Notes: generated by a model not told the origin, from the letters alone. Positions 17,776 through 26,783 are shown, numbered from the stretch's first letter. The stretch: DNA of 52,923 bases from a virus (IMGVR_UViG_3300038456_000063:1-52923), one strand, 5' to 3'. Translations and numbers: made by a program.

Positions 17776-17926
17776 GTTGCGTGAGGGCTTCCGGCACATC
17801 GCGTGACTTTCCGCCAGCCACGGCGGGACTATCCTTACGGCCGGGCTACGGTCCACCCCAGTCGCCAGCCATCGCGGTTATGGGATCAGCGTATGTTTAC
17901 GCAGACCGGAAGCCCTCCCACACAAC
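17776..17926 (-). ncRNA. Candidate structured RNA B (multi-branched)
   Basis: Perfect 12-bp closing stem GAGGGCTTCCGG (17783-17794) / CCGGAAGCCCTC (17906-17917); inner hairpins GCGUA-AACA-UACGC and CCGCC-GUGGCU-GGCGG, plus GACU/AGUC and CGCG/CGCG; intergenic. Confidence 0.55.
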
Positions 17927-17937
17927 ATTTCAAAGGG

Positions 17938-18303
17938 TTAGAACACGTCGTAGGTCCAGCCGGGGCCAGCAATGCTGGCCGTGACGACCGGGCCTGTCAG
18001 GAAATCGCCATTACGAAAGTGAAGGAACATCTGCATCGTGCGGCCGATCCAATGGTCGATCCCCACGCTGGCGTCCAGAACGTAGACGCCCCGGAGGTAC
18101 TGGCCAATCGTCGGCTCCCGCAGCAGCGGAGTCGTACTCGCGACCTCGATCAGACACCGCGCAGGATCAAGCACGACGATCTCGAAGAGCAGGCTGTCTG
18201 TCTCGACGATGATGCGTGTGCCCTTTTTCTGCTTTGTCAGGTCGATCCCCGGCTGGGATTTCAGGGCCGCCAGGGCTTCTTCGGGCGTTGGTAGCGTCTG
18301 CAT
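17938..18303 (-). CDS. Hypothetical protein
   Basis: GGAGG RBS before ATG 18303, directly downstream of promoter motif copy 3. Confidence 0.7.
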   Translation of the reverse strand: MQTLPTPEEALAALKSQPGIDLTKQKKGTRIIVETDSLLFEIVVLDPARCLIEVASTTPLLREPTIGQYLRGVYVLDASVGIDHWIGRTMQMFLHFRNGDFLTGPVVTASIAGPGWTYDVF

Positions 18304-19171
18304 CGTTTCCTCCACTAAGAGAGTTGCAATCGGCCGCTCTCTGGTTTTCAAGTTCGATGTCTTTTAGCAACTCCTTGTCGCTGACTTCGCCCATCGACCA
18401 CGCCAGGGCTCGCGTCGGCAGGCCGTTGACCCCAAAACCGAACATCTTGAGGATCATGGCGTTGATCTGTTCTTTGGTCCGCCTTGATTTGAAAGTGCGT
18501 TTACACGCATCGGGCAGTCCCGGCAGGCGTCCGCTCTTGCCACCCAATCGGCGGGCCTCGGCCGTCTTGTTGGCGATGAAGACCTGATCGTCCGGGGCCT
18601 CGCGGTGGAGGCGTTCGATGGTCACGGCCGACAAGAGGCCGGCGGCGGCCTGGGCCTGAATCTCGGGTGAGAGGGTCAGCAGGCGAAGACGGGCGGCGAC
18701 CCACTTGGTAGACCGGTTCAAGTCCTTGTGGCCCTGCCGGAGCGTGACGCCCTCGGGGTACAATCGCTGAAGGGCGATGGCCTCTTGCAGCATGTTGAGG
18801 TCTTCGCGCTCAAGGTTCTCGGTGAAGTTCAAGAGGCGGGCCTGATAATCGCTCAGGCCACGGCGGACCATCGCCGGCACGCGGGTCCACTTCAGATAGA
18901 ATTCGACGGCCCGGAAGCGGCGGTGGCCGGCGAGCAGGCGGTATTCGTAGCCCTCGGGCAGGCCGCCCTCAACCTCGGCGACGGGCTGGACCACGACGGG
19001 GAAGTCAAGGCCCTTTAGCTCGGCACCGTCCCCCTTCTGGCGAATGCTGTCGGCAAGTTCGGAGACCGATTCCAGCATGAATTGTCCCCGGCAGTTGAAG
19101 TCAGCATCGTAGTAGATGCTGCTCAACGGCAGGGCGAACACGTCATACTGGGGGAGTCTCTTTGCTGCCAC
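18167..19171 (-). CDS. ParB/Spo0J-like protein
   Basis: LADSIRQKG, PVVV, LLAGHRRFRA (GxRR CTP-binding motif), ENLEREDLN, and HTH RSTKWVAARLRLL. Confidence 0.88.
   Translation of the reverse strand: MAAKRLPQYDVFALPLSSIYYDADFNCRGQFMLESVSELADSIRQKGDGAELKGLDFPVVVQPVAEVEGGLPEGYEYRLLAGHRRFRAVEFYLKWTRVPAMVRRGLSDYQARLLNFTENLEREDLNMLQEAIALQRLYPEGVTLRQGHKDLNRSTKWVAARLRLLTLSPEIQAQAAAGLLSAVTIERLHREAPDDQVFIANKTAEARRLGGKSGRLPGLPDACKRTFKSRRTKEQINAMILKMFGFGVNGLPTRALAWSMGEVSDKELLKDIELENQRAADCNSLSGGNDADATNARRSPGGPEIPAGDRPDKAEKGHTHHRRDRQPALRDRRA
18318..18350 (-). promoter_or_regulatory. Bipartite phage promoter-like motif, copy 3
   Basis: TGAAAACCAG-N11-TTGCAACTCTCT-TAGTGGAGGAAACG-ATG. Confidence 0.75.
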
Positions 19172-19316
19172 CGGCCGTCTCCTCAATATCGACTTGCACG
19201 TCCATCGAATCCAAATCGAGCCACTCACGGAGTTGGCCCTTGACCACTCGCACGACCTCTTCCAGGTCGGTGTCGTCCGGCAACCCGTGAAGTTGCACGC
19301 TCAAGCCGATACACAT
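19143..19316 (-). CDS. Small acidic hypothetical protein (57 aa, not in track)
   Basis: MCIGLSVQLHGLPDDTDLEEVVRVVKGQLREWLDLDSMDVQVDIEETAGG... Confidence 0.5.
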   Translation of the reverse strand: MCIGLSVQLHGLPDDTDLEEVVRVVKGQLREWLDLDSMDVQVDIEETAGGSKETPPV

Positions 19317-19319
19317 GGC

Positions 19320-20096
19320 TCACCCCAGTACCGTGTTGTTGAGCATCGGCCCGCAGTCCCAGTCCCAGACTTGGACCACGCCGTCGCCGATCCAGGCGAA
19401 ACTATTCTTGGCGGCGCACCACGACCCGGAGTTGTGATACCACTCGCCCTTGTGACCCGGCGTATGGGTGTGGCCGCCGATTACCACGTCGCATTCGCCC
19501 TTATCGACGTACTGCTTCAGACCGTCGATCAGTTGCACGTCGCGCGGCTTCTTGCCCCAGAAGCGAGCATGAAAGCTGACCATCTTTTCCAGGGTGCCGA
19601 CCCACAAGTCCTCGACGCTCCGTTTGCCCCGCATGGGGCCGCCGTTGCGGTCTTCCAGAATCCCCGTGATGGTCGTCAGGATGCGGCTCGTGCCCGGCAT
19701 TTCGTCGGCACAGTAGGGATCGGCCTCGTGGCCGTGGACGATCTTCACACGCAGCTTGCCGTCGTTCAGGACGAACGGGGTGGTCATGCTGTCGAAGAGC
19801 GGATGGTTCAGGAAGTGCTTGCCGACGAAATGCAGCAAGTCAACATCGTGGTTGCCGAGGATGTAGACGGCACCCATCGCCGCCAAGCGGTCGAGCAACG
19901 GCAGATAGTGCTCGATGCACCGGCTGAGATTGCACTGCCAGAGATCGAAAAGGTCTCCGGCGATAATCAATCGCCCGGCCTGATCGCCGATGAAATCGAG
20001 GAAGCGGCCGAATTGCTGGGGCCGGTCGCCATAGGCGAAGCGGTCGCGGGGACCGCCATCGCACAAGTGCAGGTCGGAAACGATAAAAGTCTGCAT
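19320..20096 (-). CDS. Calcineurin-like metallophosphoesterase (LpxH-like)
   Basis: SDLH, GDLFD, GNHD, HGH, GHTH and NSGSW. Confidence 0.85.
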   Translation of the reverse strand: MQTFIVSDLHLCDGGPRDRFAYGDRPQQFGRFLDFIGDQAGRLIIAGDLFDLWQCNLSRCIEHYLPLLDRLAAMGAVYILGNHDVDLLHFVGKHFLNHPLFDSMTTPFVLNDGKLRVKIVHGHEADPYCADEMPGTSRILTTITGILEDRNGGPMRGKRSVEDLWVGTLEKMVSFHARFWGKKPRDVQLIDGLKQYVDKGECDVVIGGHTHTPGHKGEWYHNSGSWCAAKNSFAWIGDGVVQVWDWDCGPMLNNTVLG

Positions 20097-20114
20097 GTTG
20101 ATTCTCCAAAGGAA

Positions 20115-20182
20115 AGGCGGTGAGAGGGCTCGAACCTCCGCGCAGGATTTGTGACCTTGCTCTACCGCTGAGCTACACCGCT
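20115..20182 (-). ncRNA. tRNA-like element with shortened anticodon arm (pseudo-tRNA, possibly CAC/Val-derived)
   Basis: AGCGGTG TA GCTC AGCGGTA GAGC AAGGTCACAAATCCTGCGC GGAGG TTCGAGC CCTCT CACCGCC T. D and T arms look normal, but only 19 nt separate them (about 22-23 is normal); 1:72 is an A-C mismatch. Confidence 0.65.
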
Positions 20183-20189
20183 AAATAAG

Positions 20190-20262
20190 CTGCCGAGGTA
20201 GGACTTGAACCTACGACCACGCGATTAACAGTCGCGCGCTCTACCAACTGAGCTACTCGGCA
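20190..20262 (-). tRNA. tRNA-Asn(GTT)
   Basis: TGCCGAG TA GCTC AGTTGGTA GAGC G CGCGA CTGTTAA TCGCG TGGTC GTAGG TTCAAGT CCTAC CTCGGCA G; canonical cloverleaf with no encoded CCA. Confidence 0.95.
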
Positions 20263-20286
20263 ATTGCCGGCCGCAGCCGGCTGGTT

Positions 20287-20693
20287 TCAGATGTCCACCG
20301 GAAAGCCTCGGGTGGGGTCGATGCCGTCGTCCCGGTCGTGACCTTCCTCGTCGTCGAGTTCGGTGTCGTCCAGGTCGTCTTCCTCTTCCTCGTCCAGGTC
20401 GAGATCGTCGCAGCCCGTGCAGCCATAGCAACCGGGGTCCATGCCAAGCATGTCGATCAACTCGTCCGCGAAACGCGGGTTCGTAAAGACCGTCTCGATG
20501 GTCCAGTCATGCGTGATCTTGGTCAGATCGTCGATCTGGGCCGCCATGTCCAGGGCGAGTTCTTCCGTGTCGAAGATGGCCACGGCAATGCTTAGGCCAT
20601 CCTCGTTATAGGAGAGGAGCCAGGTGCCGGGGACATCGCCTTCGGTGATACCGCTGAAGACGATGCCGGTGAGATTCTTGGGTGTCCTACTCA

Positions 20694-20694
<1 letters not shown>
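20287..20694 (-). CDS. Acidic hypothetical protein with CxxCxxC and D/E tail
   Basis: CYGCTGC followed by DDLDLDEEEEDDLDD. Confidence 0.65.
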
Positions 20695-20951
<257 letters not shown>

Positions 20952-20999
20952 GGTAGTGCTCCACGAAAAGGACAGGGACAGAACAGGGTAAGTAAAAAG

Positions 21000-21078
21000 C
21001 GGCACCGGCAGGTCTCGAACCTGCAACATTCCTTCCGCCAAACAGGCGGTCGCCACGAGCCACTTGTGCGTCGGTGCC
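21000..21078 (-). ncRNA. tRNA-like element (degenerate, GTT/Asn-like loop)
   Basis: Perfect acceptor GGCACCG/CGGTGCC, T arm GCAGG TTCGAGA CCTGC, D loop containing TGG, an irregular anticodon arm CCGC-CTGTTTG-GCGG, and a long variable region. Confidence 0.6.
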
Positions 21079-21083
21079 AGTCG

Positions 21084-21374
21084 CTAGCTGTTGGGCTTGC
21101 GGCTTTTCGCCTTCATTTCGGCAATCACAGTTTCGAGTGTCTGGTACTCGCCGTTGGCCATTGCCTCGGCACAGCGGCGGTGCATTTCAGCGTTGTACTT
21201 GACCACCACGTCGTCCTTGGCGAACTCGAAACCAAGCCACTGCCAGGACACGGAAAAGTGCAACTCGTGCCCGGCGTCCCAGAACCACTGTCGCTTCAAG
21301 AGCGGGATGAAGGTCTGGACCAAAAAGAGCGAGTTGGCCAGGAAAGTAATCAAGGGTACAAGCAGTCGAAGCAT
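21084..21374 (-). CDS. Hypothetical protein
   Basis: 96-aa ORF with a hydrophobic N-terminus. Confidence 0.5.
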   Translation of the reverse strand: MLRLLVPLITFLANSLFLVQTFIPLLKRQWFWDAGHELHFSVSWQWLGFEFAKDDVVVKYNAEMHRRCAEAMANGEYQTLETVIAEMKAKSRKPNS

Positions 21375-21386
21375 GACAGTCTTTCT

Positions 21387-21977
21387 TTAACGATGGTGTC
21401 CACCGCCGCCGCCATGTCCACCGCCGCCCGGATTGGGCCGAGGGGCGGGTGACGGCCGGGGAGTGGGTGACGGCCGGGGAGCGGGTGACGGCCGGGGAGC
21501 GGGTGACGGCCGGGGAGTGGGTGACGGCCGGGGAGCGGGTGACGGCCGGGGAGCGGGTTGCGGGCGTGGCTCGGGCCGAGGTTCAGGACGGGGTTCAGGG
21601 CGTGGGCCGGGGACGAAGCCGCCGTGCCCGCCGTGTCCACGGCCGTCGCCAATGATGATGGGAACACCAATGATGATGGGGTCCACAATAATGATCGGGT
21701 CTCGGATAACGACGCCTCGCGGCCAGAGGATGCGGCTGCCATCGGGGACCAGGAAGTTGTTGCCGCTCGGGGTGTGGATGATGGAGCCTCGGGGCGGGTA
21801 GATCGGAAACTGAACATACACGCCAGGGGCCATGAGGCACGAGCCATCGGGGATCGGCAGAACGGTGCGGTCCATCAACTGAAGCTGCGAACCGTAGGGG
21901 ATGGTGAAGGTCGTGGCCTTCGCCGTGGTGGCGAAGAGCATCAAGACCAGGGCAAGAAGCATTGCAAGGTATTTCAT
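21387..21977 (-). CDS. Secreted Pro/Ile-rich protein with PRPSPA repeats
   Basis: Signal peptide MKYLAMLLALVLMLFATTAKA, GGAGG RBS, and C-terminal GGGGHHR. Confidence 0.75.
   Translation of the reverse strand: MKYLAMLLALVLMLFATTAKATTFTIPYGSQLQLMDRTVLPIPDGSCLMAPGVYVQFPIYPPRGSIIHTPSGNNFLVPDGSRILWPRGVVIRDPIIIVDPIIIGVPIIIGDGRGHGGHGGFVPGPRPEPRPEPRPEPRPQPAPRPSPAPRPSPTPRPSPAPRPSPAPRPSPTPRPSPAPRPNPGGGGHGGGGGHHR
21447..21554. repeat. 18-bp tandem repeat x6 (GGGTGACGGCCGGGGAGY)
   Basis: Units start at 21447, 21465, 21483, 21501, 21519 and 21537; encodes (PRPSP[A/T])n. Confidence 0.9.
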
Positions 21978-21990
21978 GGAAACCTCCAAA

Positions 21991-22425
21991 TTAACGGTGA
22001 TGGCCGCCACGGTGGCCGCCGGAATGGTTGGGGACCGAACGGGCCGGTCTCGGATAGCGCGGATCAGTGGGCACGTAGATCGGGTCAACAATAATCGGCG
22101 TGGTAATCGTCGGTGGGCTCACGGGCTCAACGATGATCGGTGGTGGTATGACTCCAGGCACCTGCCGCGCGGGGAGCAGGAGCCGCGAGCCGTAGATGAT
22201 CTGGTAGACGACGTGCTTGGGCGTGACGATCTTGGAGCCTCGCGGCGGGAAGTCGGGAAACTCCGGTATCAGGCCGGTCTCCGGCTCCGGGGTCTCAAGG
22301 ATCGAGCCCTCGGGTATGCGGTACGTTACCCCACCCGGCGTCACGACCCGCGTGCCGCTTGGGATAGCGAACGTCTCGGCCGTTGCCGTCGAGACGAGCA
22401 GGAGTAGGGCAACGAGATACTTCAT
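21991..22425 (-). CDS. Secreted protein, paralog of 21387-21977
   Basis: MKYLVALLLL signal; shares TFxIPxG, IPxGS, FPxxPPRGSxIxTP, IIVDPI and GGHHR with its neighbour. Confidence 0.75.
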   Translation of the reverse strand: MKYLVALLLLVSTATAETFAIPSGTRVVTPGGVTYRIPEGSILETPEPETGLIPEFPDFPPRGSKIVTPKHVVYQIIYGSRLLLPARQVPGVIPPPIIVEPVSPPTITTPIIVDPIYVPTDPRYPRPARSVPNHSGGHRGGHHR

Positions 22426-22793
22426 GGCTTGGGAATGTCCAAGGTCGAGAAGGCCAGAACACGCATGTCTTCCAGGTGTCGCTCGATGGCAGCCTGCGTG
22501 CCGGCGACGGCCTTGGCCTGGGACGGCCGCAGTCCGCACGTCCAGAGTCGGTCCATCAACTCCTGGGCCTCCTCGTGATGCAGGCGGAAGGTCGGCTCAA
22601 CACACGTACCCTCGGGAACCTCGAAGTCGAATTCCAGGTGCTTGCATACGCCGCGTCGTTCCCCGTTCTTGTGCCGGGTGACGACGAAGCTGATATATTC
22701 GTCGCACCACGGGTTGGCATAGGCCACGGCAGCGGTGAAGTCGTAACAATCGTAACCAGCTAAATTACGCAAGATCGTCGTGTCCTTTCGCAT
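22422..22793 (-). CDS. Phage hypothetical protein
   Basis: EAQELMDRLWTCGLRPS...RHLEDMRVL, a pattern I associate with phage hypothetical proteins. Confidence 0.6.
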   Translation of the reverse strand: MRKDTTILRNLAGYDCYDFTAAVAYANPWCDEYISFVVTRHKNGERRGVCKHLEFDFEVPEGTCVEPTFRLHHEEAQELMDRLWTCGLRPSQAKAVAGTQAAIERHLEDMRVLAFSTLDIPKP

Positions 22794-23052
22794 AGAACTC
22801 AGCCAGCGTGTGCAGCACATCGTCGTCCTGCATTTCCACCAGCTTGAAGATACGCAGGGGTTTGTGCTCGCCGAACATGACTTCCGTGTAGCGATACGTC
22901 GGGCTCGGCAGCGGACACGACGGTGTTATTGGCTTGTCGAATCCAAAGGCATTGAAGGGCCTCGGCACCTTCATCAGCAACACGGTCAGGCCATCATCAA
23001 TGGTCTTGACCATGCCGTCGCCAGGACCGCCGACCAGTAGAACTTGCTTCAT
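22765..23052 (-). CDS. Hypothetical protein (LxGGPxDG motif)
   Basis: LLVGGPGDG N-terminus. Confidence 0.6.
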   Translation of the reverse strand: MKQVLLVGGPGDGMVKTIDDGLTVLLMKVPRPFNAFGFDKPITPSCPLPSPTYRYTEVMFGEHKPLRIFKLVEMQDDDVLHTLAEFYAKGHDDLA

Positions 23053-23240
23053 TTCTTCTCCAAACGCAGGTCAAGAACCAGGACATCGCCGGGCTCGCAG
23101 TTTAAGTCTTCGAGAATCTTGAGCCGGATCACGCCGCCGAGCTTTACGGTACAGTCCGCTTCCACTGCCTCGGGCGCGCCGCCCTTCGGCAGATGGAAGA
23201 TATTGATGCGGACTTCAGGCATAGGCTTGCAGGAAGCCAA
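23049..23240 (-). CDS. Hypothetical protein
   Basis: Operon packing; the start may be at 23222. Confidence 0.45.
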   Translation of the reverse strand: MASCKPMPEVRINIFHLPKGGAPEAVEADCTVKLGGVIRLKILEDLNCEPGDVLVLDLRLEKK

Positions 23241-23409
23241 TGAGTCCCTGCGGATCGAAGCGGAGTTCGTCGTCGGTGGCGAGCGTAATCGTTCCCGGCG
23301 GGAAAGCGATACGCGCGATGCCGTCTCTCCGCACGATGCTCTGGGTGGTCAGATCGACACTGGCGATCCGTTCGCCGTCTCGCCAGTGCTCAATGGTGTA
23401 GCGGTTCAT
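23215..23409 (-). CDS. Hypothetical protein
   Basis: 64-aa ORF preceded by GAGG. Confidence 0.5.
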   Translation of the reverse strand: MNRYTIEHWRDGERIASVDLTTQSIVRRDGIARIAFPPGTITLATDDELRFDPQGLIGFLQAYA

Positions 23410-23416
23410 GGTGCCC

Positions 23417-23746
23417 TCACATGAAATAGTGAATACACCACGCCATGCCGGTGGCCATCAGGACGCCGACGATCCCTTGCAGGACCGTGGCGGTTCCCTT
23501 CAATCGCTCCAGGCCCAGCATGACCGAGATTGTCATGGTTAGTCCGATGGCACCCAGGATGCCGAGGCCGGGGAAGCCCAGCGGCACAACGAACCACAAC
23601 CAGAGCTTCGTGATGCACCAGCCGCGAATGGCAATCAGCAGGACGATGTACAGAACGCCCATAAGGCTGAGGGTGCCGAGGCCCGTGGCCTTGATGATGG
23701 CATCCATATTCGGATCGGGTTTCTTTGCAGACGTTGCGGTGTTCAT
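23417..23746 (-). CDS. Multi-pass membrane protein
   Basis: Three to four hydrophobic segments; LWLWFVVP. Confidence 0.65.
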   Translation of the reverse strand: MNTATSAKKPDPNMDAIIKATGLGTLSLMGVLYIVLLIAIRGWCITKLWLWFVVPLGFPGLGILGAIGLTMTISVMLGLERLKGTATVLQGIVGVLMATGMAWCIHYFM

Positions 23747-23763
23747 ACGTTTCTCGCGGGTTG

Positions 23764-23892
23764 TTAGTAGAGGAAGTGATGGATGTTGTGGACGGCGTGC
23801 CCGGCGTTCATCCGGGCAAAAACCGCCACGAGCGTAGCTATGGCCGCCGCAAGGCTGAGCAGGGCGGCAAGGACGGGGAGAGCGTCTTTCAT
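23764..23892 (-). CDS. Small single-TM protein
   Basis: MKDALPVLAALLSLAAAIATLVAVFARM...; ATGA overlap with the upstream gene. Confidence 0.4.
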   Translation of the reverse strand: MKDALPVLAALLSLAAAIATLVAVFARMNAGHAVHNIHHFLY

Positions 23893-25205
23893 CGCAGTGG
23901 GCCGATCTCCCGCCCGCCGTCGATCAGGTATCGCTTCGGGCCGTTGGCCTCGCTCTCGTGACGCAGCTTGACGTTCATGCGCCAGGTGATGCCGTGCTTG
24001 GCATTGACGCCGTGAATCCATTGGGCCGGCTCACGGTAGCCGGAGAACGAGTTGTAGGCGTAGGAGTCGGTGCCGACCCAGGCCCCGTTGACCAGTAGCT
24101 CGCCGTCGATGTCCGACAACGTACTGGCCGTATGGTGGTGGCCGACGCAGAAATAGCGGCAGCGCTGCGCACCGCCCGCCGCACCCAGGGCGATCAGGCC
24201 CTTTTGCTTGCGGGTCATGGCGTACCAGGGGATACCGCCGTTGGAGCGAACGTCGTCACCGTGGGCGATGTTGAAGCCGACGCCGTTGATATTGATGTTC
24301 GCGGACCACGAATCGGGAATCGTGAAGCTGACGTTGGTAAGCGAGCGGCTGTGCAGCCGCGCGACTTCCGCCACGAGGTAATCCCAGTTGTCCTGTGCGC
24401 CGAGGTAGTCCTTCTTCGGTGTGCGGCGGCCGTGGTTGCCCGCCAGATAGAGCACGTTGACTTGCTCGAAATGGGCCGCCAAGTCGCGGAACATGAGCGA
24501 GTGAAGCTGGCCGATGGCGAGGCAATTGCGGAACTGGTTGCGATAGTATGACCGCTCGCACGCCTTATGGATTTCGCCGCTGGTGAAGTCGCCATAGGCG
24601 AGTACCCACAGCACGGGGAACTTGAACTTGGGCGAAAGCGTGTCGTGGCACCACTCGACGACCGTATCGACGTACCGCTCGGCACGGGCGCAAGAAATGG
24701 GGAAGTTGTAGTTTTCCAGGCCGCCGACCTCATCCGGCCGCACGACCTGATCGTGGTGGCCGTCGCTCAAGTGCATCACGCAATGCTCGGAAATCTCGGC
24801 CTTGCGGCGGAAGTCCATTGCAGCGGGGAGGGCCGCGAAGGGCTGGATGCGCTGTTCCATTTCGCCGGTGATGGCCTTGAACAACCCGCCGATCTTGGCA
24901 CCCGCCTTGACCTTCTGCCGCTCGCGGTTGCGCTCTTCGGTCAGGTGGACGATCTCGGCTTCCAACTCCAAGACCTTCTTGTCGGTCGGGTCGTAATCCT
25001 CGATAGGCTTGTGCTGGCCGCCAGCCTGCTTCGGGCAGGGCTCCTGGCCTTCCGGCCAGGGCACGTCCTTATGGACACGGCCCGTGGCGATGTCGCTCAC
25101 GATGGAGCGGCTGACCTTGTGTTTCTTGGCGATCTGCGGTTGCGGGACTTTGGCCGCAATCTGCGCCTTGATAGCGGCGACTTTCTTATCGGATAGTTTC
25201 GTCAT
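23889..25205 (-). CDS. HTH + calcineurin-like phosphoesterase/exonuclease
   Basis: N-terminal HTH QPQIAKKHKVSRSIVSDIATG and a coiled coil, then SDGH, GDF, GNHGR, HGD and GHHH. Confidence 0.82.
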   Translation of the reverse strand: MTKLSDKKVAAIKAQIAAKVPQPQIAKKHKVSRSIVSDIATGRVHKDVPWPEGQEPCPKQAGGQHKPIEDYDPTDKKVLELEAEIVHLTEERNRERQKVKAGAKIGGLFKAITGEMEQRIQPFAALPAAMDFRRKAEISEHCVMHLSDGHHDQVVRPDEVGGLENYNFPISCARAERYVDTVVEWCHDTLSPKFKFPVLWVLAYGDFTSGEIHKACERSYYRNQFRNCLAIGQLHSLMFRDLAAHFEQVNVLYLAGNHGRRTPKKDYLGAQDNWDYLVAEVARLHSRSLTNVSFTIPDSWSANININGVGFNIAHGDDVRSNGGIPWYAMTRKQKGLIALGAAGGAQRCRYFCVGHHHTASTLSDIDGELLVNGAWVGTDSYAYNSFSGYREPAQWIHGVNAKHGITWRMNVKLRHESEANGPKRYLIDGGREIGPLR

Positions 25206-25215
25206 GGTGCTTTCT

Positions 25216-25374
25216 TCAATCAAAGTCCCTTGCGTCAAGGGGCTTGTCTTTGGTCTCTGGGTTCTGCTTAGCCTTACGCCGATTACGCCGGTGAAGGGCC
25301 TTCTTGAAGTCGCGCTTCCGATTGGGCGCGTCCACGATGCGGCTGACTCTCTTCCAAGCGCGAGGCCGTCCCAT
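25216..25374 (-). CDS. Small basic protein
   Basis: GGAGG RBS; MGRPRAWKR...FKKALHRRNRRKAK. Confidence 0.6.
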   Translation of the reverse strand: MGRPRAWKRVSRIVDAPNRKRDFKKALHRRNRRKAKQNPETKDKPLDARDFD

Positions 25375-25441
25375 GTGAGCCTCCGAATCAATGGGAACAG
25401 CGGGGCGGGAATTACCCCGGCCCGGCGGATTGCGGGAACCG

Positions 25442-26431
25442 TCAGATGGCCGTAAAGTACGGCCGGGCGGACTTGTTGATGATGGCTTGAGCAGCCTTCG
25501 TGTTGGCCTTGATGCAGGCGCGGATCGCGCCGAGGATGCTGCCACCCTGCGGCCATTGCTCCGTGCCGTCGCACATCTTGGGAATCGCCGTCACTTTGAC
25601 CGTGGGGTCCAGTGCCCACTCGACGCCCATCGTCTTGGCCCAGGGAAGGATTCGACGCAGAGGAACGATGAAGTTCAGGCCGGCACCGCCGCCACGGGTG
25701 AGCATTCCCATGTACTTGCCGTCTTCCAGGAACATGCCGCCGCCCGACGAGCCGGGGTAGGCCATTGTGGAAGTCTGGTCGAACATCTTGCCTGTCTTAA
25801 TCAGGTCCACGTCGGTCTGCGAAATGACGCCGTAGCTTACGGAGTTGTAGAGCCCTTGCGTGCAGCCAACATGGATCAGCTTGGTGCCGATCTCTTGCAG
25901 ATCAGCGGTGAGATCGAACGTCGCGCTGACCGTGGCGGGCCGGAAGTTGTCTTGCAGGATTTCCAGTAGGGCAAGGTCTTCGCCCTCTTCGGGATCGCTG
26001 TAGGCAATGACTTTGGCCTGAACATCCGACGAGCCGATCGCGCGGCCCTTGTAGCGGAATTCCTGGTGGATCGTCACGTTCTTAAAAGTCTTGTCGCTTT
26101 TCATCTGTTCGCGGACAACGTGCCCGGCGGTCCAGACGTAGGAGCGGGTCACGTCGCCGACTTGGCGTGTCACCAGAGTACCGCTGCCGCTGCCGTGGTC
26201 CACTTTCACCAGGACGCTCACGGTTTGCAGATCGGCAAGGATTTTCGCGGGCGTCGGGGCGGCCGGAGCAACCGGGGCAACCGGGGCGGCGACCGGAGGC
26301 GCGGGAATGGCCGGAACTTCTGTGGCGACTATGGCCGGTGGTTTGGGGACCACGATGGCATTGGGCTTGGTGGCAAATGCCGCGCCGGCAAGCAGCAGAA
26401 CGGCACACAGGGAAAGGATCACGGACTTCAT
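25442..26431 (-). CDS. Secreted trypsin-like serine protease
   Basis: Signal peptide, Pro/Ala linker, GSGSG, and the TAGH / DLALL / PGSSGGG catalytic triad. Confidence 0.88.
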   Translation of the reverse strand: MKSVILSLCAVLLLAGAAFATKPNAIVVPKPPAIVATEVPAIPAPPVAAPVAPVAPAAPTPAKILADLQTVSVLVKVDHGSGSGTLVTRQVGDVTRSYVWTAGHVVREQMKSDKTFKNVTIHQEFRYKGRAIGSSDVQAKVIAYSDPEEGEDLALLEILQDNFRPATVSATFDLTADLQEIGTKLIHVGCTQGLYNSVSYGVISQTDVDLIKTGKMFDQTSTMAYPGSSGGGMFLEDGKYMGMLTRGGGAGLNFIVPLRRILPWAKTMGVEWALDPTVKVTAIPKMCDGTEQWPQGGSILGAIRACIKANTKAAQAIINKSARPYFTAI

Positions 26432-26465
26432 GTTGCAAGGCTCCAAATGCAAGGGGATACAGGTT

Positions 26466-26783
26466 TCAAACGCGAACGGTGTCAACTTGCTCGACTTCGA
26501 GCAGGCTGTCGTACTCGGGGACCAACCGACAAAGCAGGGCCTCGTGGAGAATGTCACTCAAGGTTTCGGCGTCACTCGACATGCTGCTCACATCAACGTG
26601 GACAACGTGATAGACACCCTCTTCATGCTCGCCGTTGTCGGGGAGCCTGACTTGGATTGCGTCCACCGTGTCCCAAGGGCGGCCTTGGAACGCGCGGGAC
26701 AGGCAGTTGATAATGACCTCGCGGGTCGGGATCGCTTTCCAGTTGCCTTCGTACAGCGTGAATTTGTAGGTGGCCTGGATCAT
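26466..26783 (-). CDS. Hypothetical protein
   Basis: ATGA overlap with the helicase stop. Confidence 0.55.
   Translation of the reverse strand: MIQATYKFTLYEGNWKAIPTREVIINCLSRAFQGRPWDTVDAIQVRLPDNGEHEEGVYHVVHVDVSSMSSDAETLSDILHEALLCRLVPEYDSLLEVEQVDTVRV

Noticed and set aside
17776-17926. RNA B as a hammerhead, twister or pistol ribozyme
   Set aside because: CUGAU is followed by CCC rather than GAG, and I could not place the other catalytic cores by eye.
21447-21554. Repeat array as a possible CRISPR
   Set aside because: The 18-bp units are contiguous with no spacers and lie in frame in a Pro-rich protein. No cas genes are present.
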